64,000 nt of DNA from Planctomycetota bacterium. Its GTDB lineage: Bacteria > Planctomycetota > GCA-002687715 > CAIWVZ01. Below are positions 1 through 8,335 of the stretch, piece after piece. Below the pieces are notes generated by a model. It made no database searches. It was not told where the DNA came from and worked only from the letters and a program-made list of their open reading frames with translations. The translations under genes and the position numbers were made by a program. Within the stretch, counting starts at the first letter, position 1. Each line of letters opens with the position of its first letter. The DNA is taken from contig JBGANV010000001.1 of the NCBI GenBank assembly GCA_044222185.1, positions 2,016,001 through 2,080,000 on the forward strand. The letters run 5' to 3'.

Positions 1-976
1 TGCGAGCGTCGGTGATGCGGTCCGTCGTCTCGGAGACGCGGTTGCGAAGCCCGGACATGAGATCGGCCATCGCGTGCGCGGCCATGGCTCCCTTGTCACT
101 CTTGCCGTTGACTTCGTGGCACTGCGCGCAGGCCAGCGGCTTCCAGCCTTCCGTGACCACGTCCGACGTCTCCTCGATGTCGTGGTATCGATGGCAGCTG
201 GTGCATTCCTGCATCTTCCCGGCGGTCGCGGCGGCAAAGTGCGGGGAACGCCTGAAGTAGTCCCGCGCGGCGACGTGGCATTGCCCGCAAACGTCCGCGA
301 CTTCCGTGACGCCTGCGGGCCGCGCCCCGTGCGCCGAGTGGCAGTCACTGCAGTTCGGAAGTCGCAGCTGCTTCCCGCTGAGCAGCCCCTTGCCGTGAAC
401 GCTCTTCGAGTACTTCTCGAAGACGTCGGCCGTGAGCTTGTACGGCTTCATCCGCTCGACGTCTGCATGGCAGCGCGAGCAGGTCACGGGCACCCGCGCC
501 CGATACGTCGGCGACTCGGGATCAGTCTTGCTGCGGACGTCGTGGGCCCGGTGGCAGTCGATGCAGGTCGGGACGTTCTTGTCGCCCTTCTCCATCAGCG
601 CCTTGCCGTGCGGGCTACGCTGGTAGTACGCCAGCTGTCCTGTCGGCAGTCCGTAGCGGAACATGGCATCGGGGTCGCTGTGGCAATTCCCGCACAGCTC
701 CACGACGGCCTTGCCGCGCGGCACGCCCTTGAATGCGGGGTTGTCGATGCACGCGGCGCGCGTCCCGATCGAGGGATCGCCGCCATGGCAGGTGACGCAA
801 CCGACACCGGCGTCCGCGTGGACGCCCGTGACGTGCAGCGCCGCTTCCTTGCCGTGACACACGGCGCACGCCTTGTCCCCCGTGGGGCGGGTCGTCGTCT
901 GTCCGGGGGCGAGGGCCGCTCCCCAGACGAGGGCGATCGACAGGGCGACGACCGAGCTGACCAGCGTGGTCCTCAT
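1..976 (-). CDS. Nonaheme cytochrome c, module 2 (3' end truncated by window edge)
   Basis: Absent from the ORF track; translated by hand from ATG 976 (ATGA overlap with the cyt b stop). Signal peptide MRTTLVSSVVALSIALVWGAALAPG, then 9 CxxCH (CAVCH, CVTCH, CGNCH, CIDCH, CSRCH, CSDCH, CGQCH, CTSCH, CAQCH). Colinear paralog of 3200..4558. Confidence 0.92.
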   Translation of the reverse strand, partial: MRTTLVSSVVALSIALVWGAALAPGQTTTRPTGDKACAVCHGKEAALHVTGVHADAGVGCVTCHGGDPSIGTRAACIDNPAFKGVPRGKAVVELCGNCHSDPDAMFRYGLPTGQLAYYQRSPHGKALMEKGDKNVPTCIDCHRAHDVRSKTDPESPTYRARVPVTCSRCHADVERMKPYKLTADVFEKYSKSVHGKGLLSGKQLRLPNCSDCHSAHGARPAGVTEVADVCGQCHVAARDYFRRSPHFAAATAGKMQECTSCHRYHDIEETSDVVTEGWKPLACAQCHEVNGKSDKGAMAAHAMADLMSGLRNRVSETTDRITDAR

Positions 977-2307
977 GACAATCCCGCTCCGTGGATGGAC
1001 AACGCCACCAACCCGAATAGGAGGGCGATCCCGATTGCCGGGGTCAGGTAGGGACGCTTGGGCCTGCCGTCGAAGTGCGTATCGAGCATCGGCCAGATCA
1101 AGGCGACGATCACGACGAGCCACAGGCCTGCCGTGACCAGGACCGACAGCGTCGGCGGCACCAGGTCCTCCAGTCCGTGGAACCACAGGACGTACCACGG
1201 GCGGGTGGTGGAGGCGATTCGGTGGAACTGGTCCGGTGCTCCATTGATCGGTGGCGGAAGCCACGCTGACAGGAGCACCAAGGCGCCAGCCATGACGAGG
1301 TTCGTGCCCAAGATCCTCAGGAAGTGATTGGGGAAGAACGTCCTTCCCGCAGGTCCCGGCGAGATGGCGACCACTTCCTTGACGCGTGGGTCACGGCTCA
1401 GTGTCGCGGCAAGCTCGGAACGGCAGCCCTCGATGTGGAACACGGCACGTCCCTCCAGCGCTTCCTGGCGGAGCTGGACGTTCTCGGCTTCGATCTGTGC
1501 GCGGAGCACGGCGACTTCCGCCTGCGTGGCGTCGACCCGGAGTACCGCGAGCATGGATTCGTTGGGCGGTTCGCCGCCTCGCGGCGGAACCGGTGGCGTC
1601 AAACCGTGGCGCCACACGAGTCGCAAGTGCGTCGAGAGGAGGAAGAACAGGGTCCACGGCAGGAGGATCACGTGAAGCGCGAACGCGCGCCCCAGCGCCG
1701 CGTTCGAGAGATCGGTCCCGTCGGCGAAACGTCCGAGGAACGCTCCGATGATCCCGATCCCGGTCCCCGGGCGGAGGGCGCGGGCACCGTTCCAGTAGGC
1801 GGCCTGATCCCACGGCAGGAGCGTGCCCGTGAAATGAAGGCTGAGGACCACCGGGAGAACCAGGAGGCCGACGACCCAGTTGGCCTGCCGCGGCGCTCGG
1901 AACGCCCGGCTGAAGAAGGCGCGCAGGACATGCACGGCGACGAGGACCACGAGCAGTTCGGCGGCCCAATGATGGGTACCCCGGACGAGCCAGCCGGCGG
2001 GTAGCTCGGCCGTGATCTCCAGCACGCTCGTGTGCGCCGTCTCCGGATGGGCCTCGTAATGGAAACTGAGGAGGATTCCGGTACCGGCGAGAACGAACAC
2101 GAGGAACAGGGCCGCAGGTCCGAAGACGTGCATCCAGCCGACGCCTCGGTAGATGGGCCGACGCCACGCACGCGCGATGGCTTCACCGGGCCGAAGCCTG
2201 TCGTCCAGCGGGTGATACAGGAACCCGACCCACCGCAACAGCGCACCGACGGTGCGGCTGTCGACACTGGACCCGAGCCAAGCCCGCAAGCCTTTGAAGA
2301 ATGCCAT
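973..2307 (-). CDS. Cytochrome b (b6 + subunit IV fused) of Rieske/cyt b complex, module 2, with inserted ACT/ferredoxin-like domain
   Basis: GWLVRGTHHW..H, FTGTLLPWDQAAYW, FALHVILLP..H (four heme-b His); subunit IV-like FFPNH..RPWYVLW; ~64-aa soluble insertion at 1363-1554. Confidence 0.9.
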   Translation of the reverse strand: MAFFKGLRAWLGSSVDSRTVGALLRWVGFLYHPLDDRLRPGEAIARAWRRPIYRGVGWMHVFGPAALFLVFVLAGTGILLSFHYEAHPETAHTSVLEITAELPAGWLVRGTHHWAAELLVVLVAVHVLRAFFSRAFRAPRQANWVVGLLVLPVVLSLHFTGTLLPWDQAAYWNGARALRPGTGIGIIGAFLGRFADGTDLSNAALGRAFALHVILLPWTLFFLLSTHLRLVWRHGLTPPVPPRGGEPPNESMLAVLRVDATQAEVAVLRAQIEAENVQLRQEALEGRAVFHIEGCRSELAATLSRDPRVKEVVAISPGPAGRTFFPNHFLRILGTNLVMAGALVLLSAWLPPPINGAPDQFHRIASTTRPWYVLWFHGLEDLVPPTLSVLVTAGLWLVVIVALIWPMLDTHFDGRPKRPYLTPAIGIALLFGLVALSIHGAGLS

Positions 2308-2474
2308 CGCGCTACTCCGTCGTCGTCAGGGCGGCGAACGATCCCGCACACCGATTCCGCTCCCCATGCGCACAAAGCCGCGGAGGCATCACCGCACTCC
2401 GCCACCCCGCGGCCGGCGCGGGACTCGATCGTGGTTCGATTCCATCCCTGCCAGCCTGGCGCCTCGAAAAACGA

Positions 2475-3128
2475 TCACGCGTGCGTCTTCACGTACACGC
2501 GGCCATCGATCACGGCGACGGGGAACGTCCTCAGCGGCCTCGGCGGCGGACCATGGAGGACGTTCCCGAACACGTCGTAGGCCGCGCGATGACAGGGGCA
2601 CACGACCTGGTCGCGCCGGGCGTCCCACTCGACCTGGCACACCTCGGAGTGAGTGCAGATGCTCGCGAGCGCACGATAGTCCTTGGCAGCCGTGCGGACG
2701 ACGAGAACCGGAGTGCCCTCCGCTTCGACCGTCCGCCATGGACGCTTGTCGAAGTCGTCGACCGTGCCGGCCGGGATGACGTCGCGGCGCGCCCGTCGAG
2801 CGCCCTTACCGAGGAAGAACCCCCCGGCAATCGCGGCGGCAGCGGCGGCGAGCACCGTCGTCAGGACGCCGATCACGACGCCGAGGAAGCTCCGTCTCGC
2901 TGAGAGCTGCCTCGAAGTCCCAGGCGCCGGCATGGAGACGAATCGCTCGACCGCTGGGTGATCCGCGAGCGCGGCCTCGACGGCGCCCTCGTCACGGCCG
3001 GCAGCCACGAGGAGCAGCGCGTTCGAGTTGCCGGTCACGAGTTGCGCGGTGCAACCGAGCCCGGCGATCCGTTCTTCGAGGTCGCGCCGCGCGTCCACCG
3101 CGATGCCGGGTCGAATGATGATGATCAT
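2475..3128 (-). CDS. Rieske [2Fe-2S] protein, module 2, with N-terminal DAHP-synthase-like ferredoxin/ACT domain
   Basis: Start MIIIIRPG at 3128; internal Tat-like ARRSFLG plus TM helix; CTHSEVC and CPCHRAAY boxes; GPPPRPL. Confidence 0.9.
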   Translation of the reverse strand: MIIIIRPGIAVDARRDLEERIAGLGCTAQLVTGNSNALLLVAAGRDEGAVEAALADHPAVERFVSMPAPGTSRQLSARRSFLGVVIGVLTTVLAAAAAAIAGGFFLGKGARRARRDVIPAGTVDDFDKRPWRTVEAEGTPVLVVRTAAKDYRALASICTHSEVCQVEWDARRDQVVCPCHRAAYDVFGNVLHGPPPRPLRTFPVAVIDGRVYVKTHA

Positions 3129-3199
3129 GTCCAGTCTCTTCGTTTTCAGATCCGCGCCAGGGGCGCCGCGGGCGGCGCTGGCGCCGCCACCGGTCCGGT

Positions 3200-4558
3200 C
3201 TACCCGGCCTTCGCCGCCGATGCCTCGACCGGCAGCGGCATGCGACGAATGACGACGACCAGCACTCCGATCACGACCAGGATCAGCGCGAGCGACCAGA
3301 CGAGCCACACGCGCCGCGCCGTGTACTCGTCCATGGCGGCGTTCGCCTGGAGCTTCACCTTGTCGGTCACGGCACGACCGACGGCGACGGCCTCGTCGAC
3401 CGGCTTCGCGGAGAACGTATGCACCAGCGAACGTGCATTGGTCAGGGCTCCCCGGGCCTTCACGAGTTCGAACCTGGAGGTCCGAACTTCCATTCCACGG
3501 CGCTCGGCGTCCGCGATCATTCCCTCGGCCACGGCGATCTCGGACTTCAGACCTTCGATCTTCCCGCGGATTCCCTCGGCAACCTTCGCCCCCGACGCGG
3601 GAGCGCCGAATCGGCTGTCGTTGTGACACTTGGCACAAACGGCAGCCGAATCCGTACCGATCATCTCGTCGGACGGCTTGTGGATGTCGTGGTAACCGTG
3701 GCACGTGGCGCACCCGGGGAGCTTGACCTCCTCGAACTGGTGCTTCATGCGCGTGCCGGAAAACAGCTCGGCGATCTTGCCGTGGCAGGTGCCGCAAGCG
3801 TTGGCGACCGATCCGACTTCAGGCGGAACGGCGCCGTGGTTGCCGTGGCAGTCGTTGCACGTCGGCGCGCTCACGTCGCCTTTCTTCAACATCGCGACGC
3901 CATGCACGCTCTTCTGCCAGAGATCCAGCTGATTCGTCGGCAGCGGTGCGTCGTGGTGCTTCACGCCCGCCATGCGCTGCGTATCGGCGTGACACTTCCC
4001 GCAGGTCGTCGCCACGTTCGTCGCGTACACGGGCGACGCGAGGTCCTCGACTGCCTTGATCCCGTGGCTGCCGTGGCAGGACACGCACGTCGCGACCTTC
4101 TTGTCGGCGGACTCCTTCAGGCGCTTCCCGTGGCCGCTCGTCCAGTACTCGGCGACCTGATCCGTGCGCGGCGACGGCTTGTACTTGCGCATGAACTCGA
4201 TGTCGGAGTGGCATCGGCCGCAGAAGCCGGGCACGTCCGCCGGCGACTTGATCGCGCGGAAGCCATCTTTCTGGCTGTGCGCGTCGGCGTACTCCTCGCC
4301 TTTGGGATTGCCACCGTGGCAGTCCTCGCAGCGAAGGCCGCGCTGCCAGTGATAGTCGGCGGCGAAGTCCTTCTCCGAGACCATGAAGTGGCGGTCCTTC
4401 TCCTCGAACCGCTCGGGATCCGCATGGCACGAAAGACATCCGGACGTGGCCGGCTTGCTCTCGGCCGCTGCAGGCTTGTCCTGGGCCACGAGCATGACGC
4501 CGCAAACCGCGATGCACGCGAGGAGCCATGGGACGCGGATTCGTGTTGGTGTGCTCAT
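3200..4558 (-). CDS. Membrane-anchored nonaheme cytochrome c, module 1
   Basis: Signal peptide, 9 CxxCH, coiled region and C-terminal TM (VWLVWSLALILVVIGVLVVVI); ATGA overlap with cyt b stop at 4555-4558. Confidence 0.93.
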   Translation of the reverse strand: MSTPTRIRVPWLLACIAVCGVMLVAQDKPAAAESKPATSGCLSCHADPERFEEKDRHFMVSEKDFAADYHWQRGLRCEDCHGGNPKGEEYADAHSQKDGFRAIKSPADVPGFCGRCHSDIEFMRKYKPSPRTDQVAEYWTSGHGKRLKESADKKVATCVSCHGSHGIKAVEDLASPVYATNVATTCGKCHADTQRMAGVKHHDAPLPTNQLDLWQKSVHGVAMLKKGDVSAPTCNDCHGNHGAVPPEVGSVANACGTCHGKIAELFSGTRMKHQFEEVKLPGCATCHGYHDIHKPSDEMIGTDSAAVCAKCHNDSRFGAPASGAKVAEGIRGKIEGLKSEIAVAEGMIADAERRGMEVRTSRFELVKARGALTNARSLVHTFSAKPVDEAVAVGRAVTDKVKLQANAAMDEYTARRVWLVWSLALILVVIGVLVVVIRRMPLPVEASAAKAG

Positions 4559-5673
4559 TCCATCAGCCCCCACACGGTCATGCCGCAGAAGAACAGCGCG
4601 GAAATCCAGGCGAGCGCCACGAGGATGCGACGTCCGAGCCCGGGTCTCTCACTGCGGTCGATGAACGGCACCAACAGCAGCGCCAGTCCGCACAGCCCGA
4701 AGAAGAGGATCCCGAGCACCTCACCCTCCATGCCGAGGATGTGTGCCGGCAGCTTCTTCAGCGCCTGGAACATGAAGAGGAAGTACCACTCGGGGCGGAT
4801 GCCCTCGGGCGCGCTTCCGAACGGGTCGGCCTTCTCCCCGAGCTCCCAGGGAAACAGTGCGGCGAAGGCTGCAAGCACCGCGAGGGCGATGTACCAGCCG
4901 ATCATGTCGCGCAGGAGGAAATGGGGGATGAACCCCATCGACGGGACCTTCGCTTCGCCGCCGTGCTTCTTTGCGACGTGCTCGGGCACGCTCATCCCGT
5001 GTTTCTGCACGAGGTAGAGGTGGAATCCGAGCAGCGCGAGCGTCGTCAGCGGGAGGATTGCGATGTGCAGTGCGTGGAATCGGGCGAGCGTGTCGCCCGT
5101 CACGTTGTCCCCCGCACGCGTGAAGACGAGCAGATCGTGGCCGATGATCGGCACCACGCCGACGATCGCCGTGCCGACGCGCGTCGCGAAGAACGCCAAC
5201 TGGTTCCACGGCAGCAGGTATCCGCTGAACCCGAAGGCGAGGAAGATCATGAGCAGCAGGAAGCCGGTCACCCACGTGATCTCACGGGGACGCCGGTACG
5301 CCCGCATGATGAACGCCGTCAGCATGTGGATGAACAGCACGCCGATCAGCAGGTTGGCCGCCCAGGAGTGGATCGAGCGGATGAGCCACCCGAAATCCAC
5401 CTCCGTCATGATGCGCTGAACGCTCTCGAACGCGCCGTCAGGAGTCGGCTTGTAGAAGAGGCTCAGGAGAATTCCCGTGATGAACTGGATCGCCACGAGG
5501 AACAGCGCCATTCCACCGAGGAAGTAGAAGGCGGACGTCTTGTGGATCGGGACGCGCTTGTGCGCCGCGAGCTCGCGCGCAGCGTCCAGCCCCAGTCGTT
5601 CATCGAGGAAGGCCGACAGCTTGCCCTGCGGAGCCGGCGCGGCCTTCGCGTCCTCAACTCTTGCGGGAGACAA
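4555..5673 (-). CDS. Cytochrome b (b6 + subunit IV fused) of Rieske/cyt b complex, module 1
   Basis: GWLIRSIHSW..H, FSGYLLPWNQ, RFHALH..H, intact IRPEWYFL; TTG start preceded by AGGAGG. Confidence 0.95.
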   Translation of the reverse strand: MSPARVEDAKAAPAPQGKLSAFLDERLGLDAARELAAHKRVPIHKTSAFYFLGGMALFLVAIQFITGILLSLFYKPTPDGAFESVQRIMTEVDFGWLIRSIHSWAANLLIGVLFIHMLTAFIMRAYRRPREITWVTGFLLLMIFLAFGFSGYLLPWNQLAFFATRVGTAIVGVVPIIGHDLLVFTRAGDNVTGDTLARFHALHIAILPLTTLALLGFHLYLVQKHGMSVPEHVAKKHGGEAKVPSMGFIPHFLLRDMIGWYIALAVLAAFAALFPWELGEKADPFGSAPEGIRPEWYFLFMFQALKKLPAHILGMEGEVLGILFFGLCGLALLLVPFIDRSERPGLGRRILVALAWISALFFCGMTVWGLME

Positions 5674-6130
5674 GGATCTCCTCCTGTCCGGGCTTCCCCC
5701 GCAACGTGACCTTGTACATCTCCAGCGGCCGCGGCGGCGGCCCGGACACGTTCCGTCCCATGAGGTCGTACACCCCGTTGTGGCAGTTGCAGAAGATGTC
5801 GCCGCGATCCTGCCGGTGTTGCACCGTGCAATCGACGTGCGAGCAGACGGCGTTCAGCGCACGGACCTCGCCATCCTTCGTCTTGATGACGAGGCACGGC
5901 TTGCCACCGAAGTTGAACGGCGCGGGCCAGTGGCCGTCGGCGTCCGGCTTGAGTTCGTTGACCTTGTAGGGCGCGACGGCTTCGAGGTTGCCACCGCTGA
6001 TCTCGCTGGACTTGGGCCGCAGGAACCGCGCAACCGGATAGAAGAGCATGCCAACGGTGGCGACGACCCCGGACCCGAGCATCCGGAGCAGGCCGCGACG
6101 TGGGATCGGAATCTGTTCGGGCTGGCTCAT
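5654..6130 (-). CDS. Rieske [2Fe-2S] protein, module 1
   Basis: Tat-like PRRGLL plus TM; CSHVDC and CNCHNGVY; GPPPRPL; AGGAG RBS. Confidence 0.95.
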   Translation of the reverse strand: MSQPEQIPIPRRGLLRMLGSGVVATVGMLFYPVARFLRPKSSEISGGNLEAVAPYKVNELKPDADGHWPAPFNFGGKPCLVIKTKDGEVRALNAVCSHVDCTVQHRQDRGDIFCNCHNGVYDLMGRNVSGPPPRPLEMYKVTLRGKPGQEEILVSRKS

Positions 6131-6237
6131 CAGTTCTCCTAGTCTCTGCGCGGTGGGAGGGACACCCGAGCCTGAACAGGCCCGGGTGTGGCGGCGTCAC
6201 GAGGGAACGCCGCAGCGAGAGAGTCGTTCCGTACGGC

Positions 6238-6879
6238 TCAGTGCTTGTTCTTCAGCTCGACGTGTTGATGGAGCTTCGTCGCGTCTTTGATCGACGTCGC
6301 GTAGTCGAACTTCCGGTCCTTGTCGAACGTCGCGCCCTTGTCGTTGTGGCACGTCTTGCAGTTCTCTTCGGTCGGCTCGATCATGCCGAGTTTGAGGACG
6401 TCCGCCTTCGCGAACTTCTCGTTGTCCTTCTTGAACGGACCCGTGAGGCTGCCCGGTCCGTGGCACGATTCGCACTGCACGCCTTCCATCGTCGGCGCGC
6501 GCTTGGTCTCTTCCTCCGTCCAGGCCTTGCCCTCGACGACCGCCGGGTAGCCGCCCGCCAGACCGTAGCCCGTCGTGTGGCACGCGAGGCACTTGGCGTC
6601 CTTGGTGTAGTCCTTCTTGGGGTCGAGTTTGTACTTGGTCTTCGCCTCGACCGCCTGGTCAGGCTTCAGCAGGTCGAAGGACTTGGCCATCGGCGTCTTC
6701 TTCCAGCTGGTGAACTGCTTGAAGTGACACTTCTTGCAGCTCTCGGCCCCGACGTACTGCGGCTTGTCGTCACGCAGGCAGCTGCCCGTCGAGTCGTCGG
6801 ACGTGACCGGAGAGAGCGTGCCGGCTCCAAGGAACACGGCACACAGGAGAATTGCGGGAATCGTGAACCTCATGATCAT
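6238..6879 (-). CDS. Periplasmic tetraheme cytochrome c554-like protein
   Basis: Signal peptide; YVGAESCKKCH, CLACHTTG, GVQCESCHGPG, CKTCH (typical c554-family pattern). Start at 6879 or 6873 after AAGGAG. Confidence 0.88.
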   Translation of the reverse strand: MIMRFTIPAILLCAVFLGAGTLSPVTSDDSTGSCLRDDKPQYVGAESCKKCHFKQFTSWKKTPMAKSFDLLKPDQAVEAKTKYKLDPKKDYTKDAKCLACHTTGYGLAGGYPAVVEGKAWTEEETKRAPTMEGVQCESCHGPGSLTGPFKKDNEKFAKADVLKLGMIEPTEENCKTCHNDKGATFDKDRKFDYATSIKDATKLHQHVELKNKH

Positions 6880-7294
6880 TGCTCCTTCGGACTGGTCGTT
6901 TCGTGCGCTCCATGGACGCCAGGCCCAAGTTCGGACTTCGCAACGGCGACACCCCCGGGGGTGGTCGCACGCCGCATCGGAATGCAAAGGCCGCGCCTGC
7001 CCGTTCGATCCCATGCGGCCAACCCACCGACACCGCGCGCCCCGGGATCCCTTGTGTGACTCATTCGCAGCCTCCGCCGCGCCAGTGAGCCGGTGGCTCG
7101 AGGACTCGCGTCCCCGCCATGGCGCAGCTGAGCTCAGGAAATCGCGTCATTCGGTGTCCCACAACGGCTTCGGCGCAATGTAGATCTGCCCCCAACCCGC
7201 TCATAGCCCGGCCGGCCTCCCTGCGTCGCTTTTGCGAGCGCACTACGCACTGGGCTGTAGCGGAAGTTTCGCACTGCGGTATAGCGGCACGGTT

Positions 7295-8326
7295 TCATCG
7301 GTGGCAAAGGAGACACGACTGTCCATTGTCGGGGTGCCTCATCACGACGTGACACTCGCGGCAGTTTGCCGGGTTCGTCGTGAGGTGCGGCGCGTTCCCC
7401 GGCTTCATGGGCGCCGACGCGTGGCCCGGCGAACCCTTGTGACACACGGCACACCCTTGATCGTCGAAGCCCTCGACGGGCAGATGGCACGAGTTGCAGT
7501 GACGATCGAACGGGCTCCCCCAGGTCGCGGTGTGATTGCGCGGCTTGGTGTTTTCGTGGCACTGGAAGCACGAGTCGGTCGTGTGACAGACGCGGCAGCC
7601 TTCTCGGTCGAGCGACGCCGCGGCCGCATGCCCGTGAAGTCGCCAGAGATTCGTGTGGTTCTGCGGGGCCTCAGCGCGATGGCACGTGTCGCAGTCGGAC
7701 TTCTTGTGGCAGACGGAGCAGTCGACGGGAAGCGGCTCCATGTCGCCCTCCGAGAACTTGCGCCCATGCTCGCGCTTCCAGCCGAGTCGGTGGGACTTGG
7801 GCGCCACGTCACGACGGATCTGCGTGTGGCAGACCGCACAGTCGTTCTTGCCCGGCGCCTTCTGCTCGTGGCACGACATGCAGGCGCCCATCGTCAACGG
7901 TGCGAAGCCCGTGCTCGTCTTCGACTCCGCGACGTCTCCGTGGCACGCCGTGCAGTCCTTCCCGAGCGCAGTCACGTGCTGCGCGTGCGGGAACACGAGC
8001 TCGCGATCCAGCTTGGATGCGTGGGTCCACTTCCCCTTCTTGTCGGCATCGTAGAAGGCCGCGGCGCGCTTCTCAGGCGGCTTTTCGCCGTCGATGTCGT
8101 TGTGACACTCGGTGCACGAGTCGAGCTCGGGCATCCGATTGAACTGCTCGGGTTCGGCACCGTGGCAGTCGGCGCACTCCACCCCGCGTGAGATGTGTGC
8201 GGCGTGGTCGAACTGGGGTCCCGTCGCGCGGCTCTCCGCACCCGGCGAGACATCCAGAACGGACGCGCAGGCCAGGACGCCGAGCATCGTCACGAACACA
8301 CCCGTCGCGATGATCCAGTACCGCAT
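7295..8326 (-). CDS. 13-heme cytochrome c (c3/c7-like N-terminal part), possible lipoprotein; candidate porin-threading wire
   Basis: 13 CxxCH counted in 343 aa; FDHAAH and FPHAQH c3/c7-like motifs; hydrophobic N-terminus ending VLAC. Confidence 0.9.
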   Translation of the reverse strand: MRYWIIATGVFVTMLGVLACASVLDVSPGAESRATGPQFDHAAHISRGVECADCHGAEPEQFNRMPELDSCTECHNDIDGEKPPEKRAAAFYDADKKGKWTHASKLDRELVFPHAQHVTALGKDCTACHGDVAESKTSTGFAPLTMGACMSCHEQKAPGKNDCAVCHTQIRRDVAPKSHRLGWKREHGRKFSEGDMEPLPVDCSVCHKKSDCDTCHRAEAPQNHTNLWRLHGHAAAASLDREGCRVCHTTDSCFQCHENTKPRNHTATWGSPFDRHCNSCHLPVEGFDDQGCAVCHKGSPGHASAPMKPGNAPHLTTNPANCRECHVVMRHPDNGQSCLLCHR

Positions 8327-8335
8327 GCGAGTTCC

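Noticed and set aside
3129-3797. Upstream extension of the Rieske 2 ORF (track start 3797)
   Set aside because: Overlaps the nonaheme gene in another frame; the domain starts at MIIIIRPG (3128).
6238-6879. c554-like gene as evidence for ammonia oxidation or anammox
   Set aside because: No hao/hzs/hdh in the window; this fold is widespread.
7050-7070. Possible Crp/Fnr or Rex box (gtgtgactcattcgca) upstream of the c554-like gene
   Set aside because: Spacing and half-sites do not fit the consensus; too weak in isolation.
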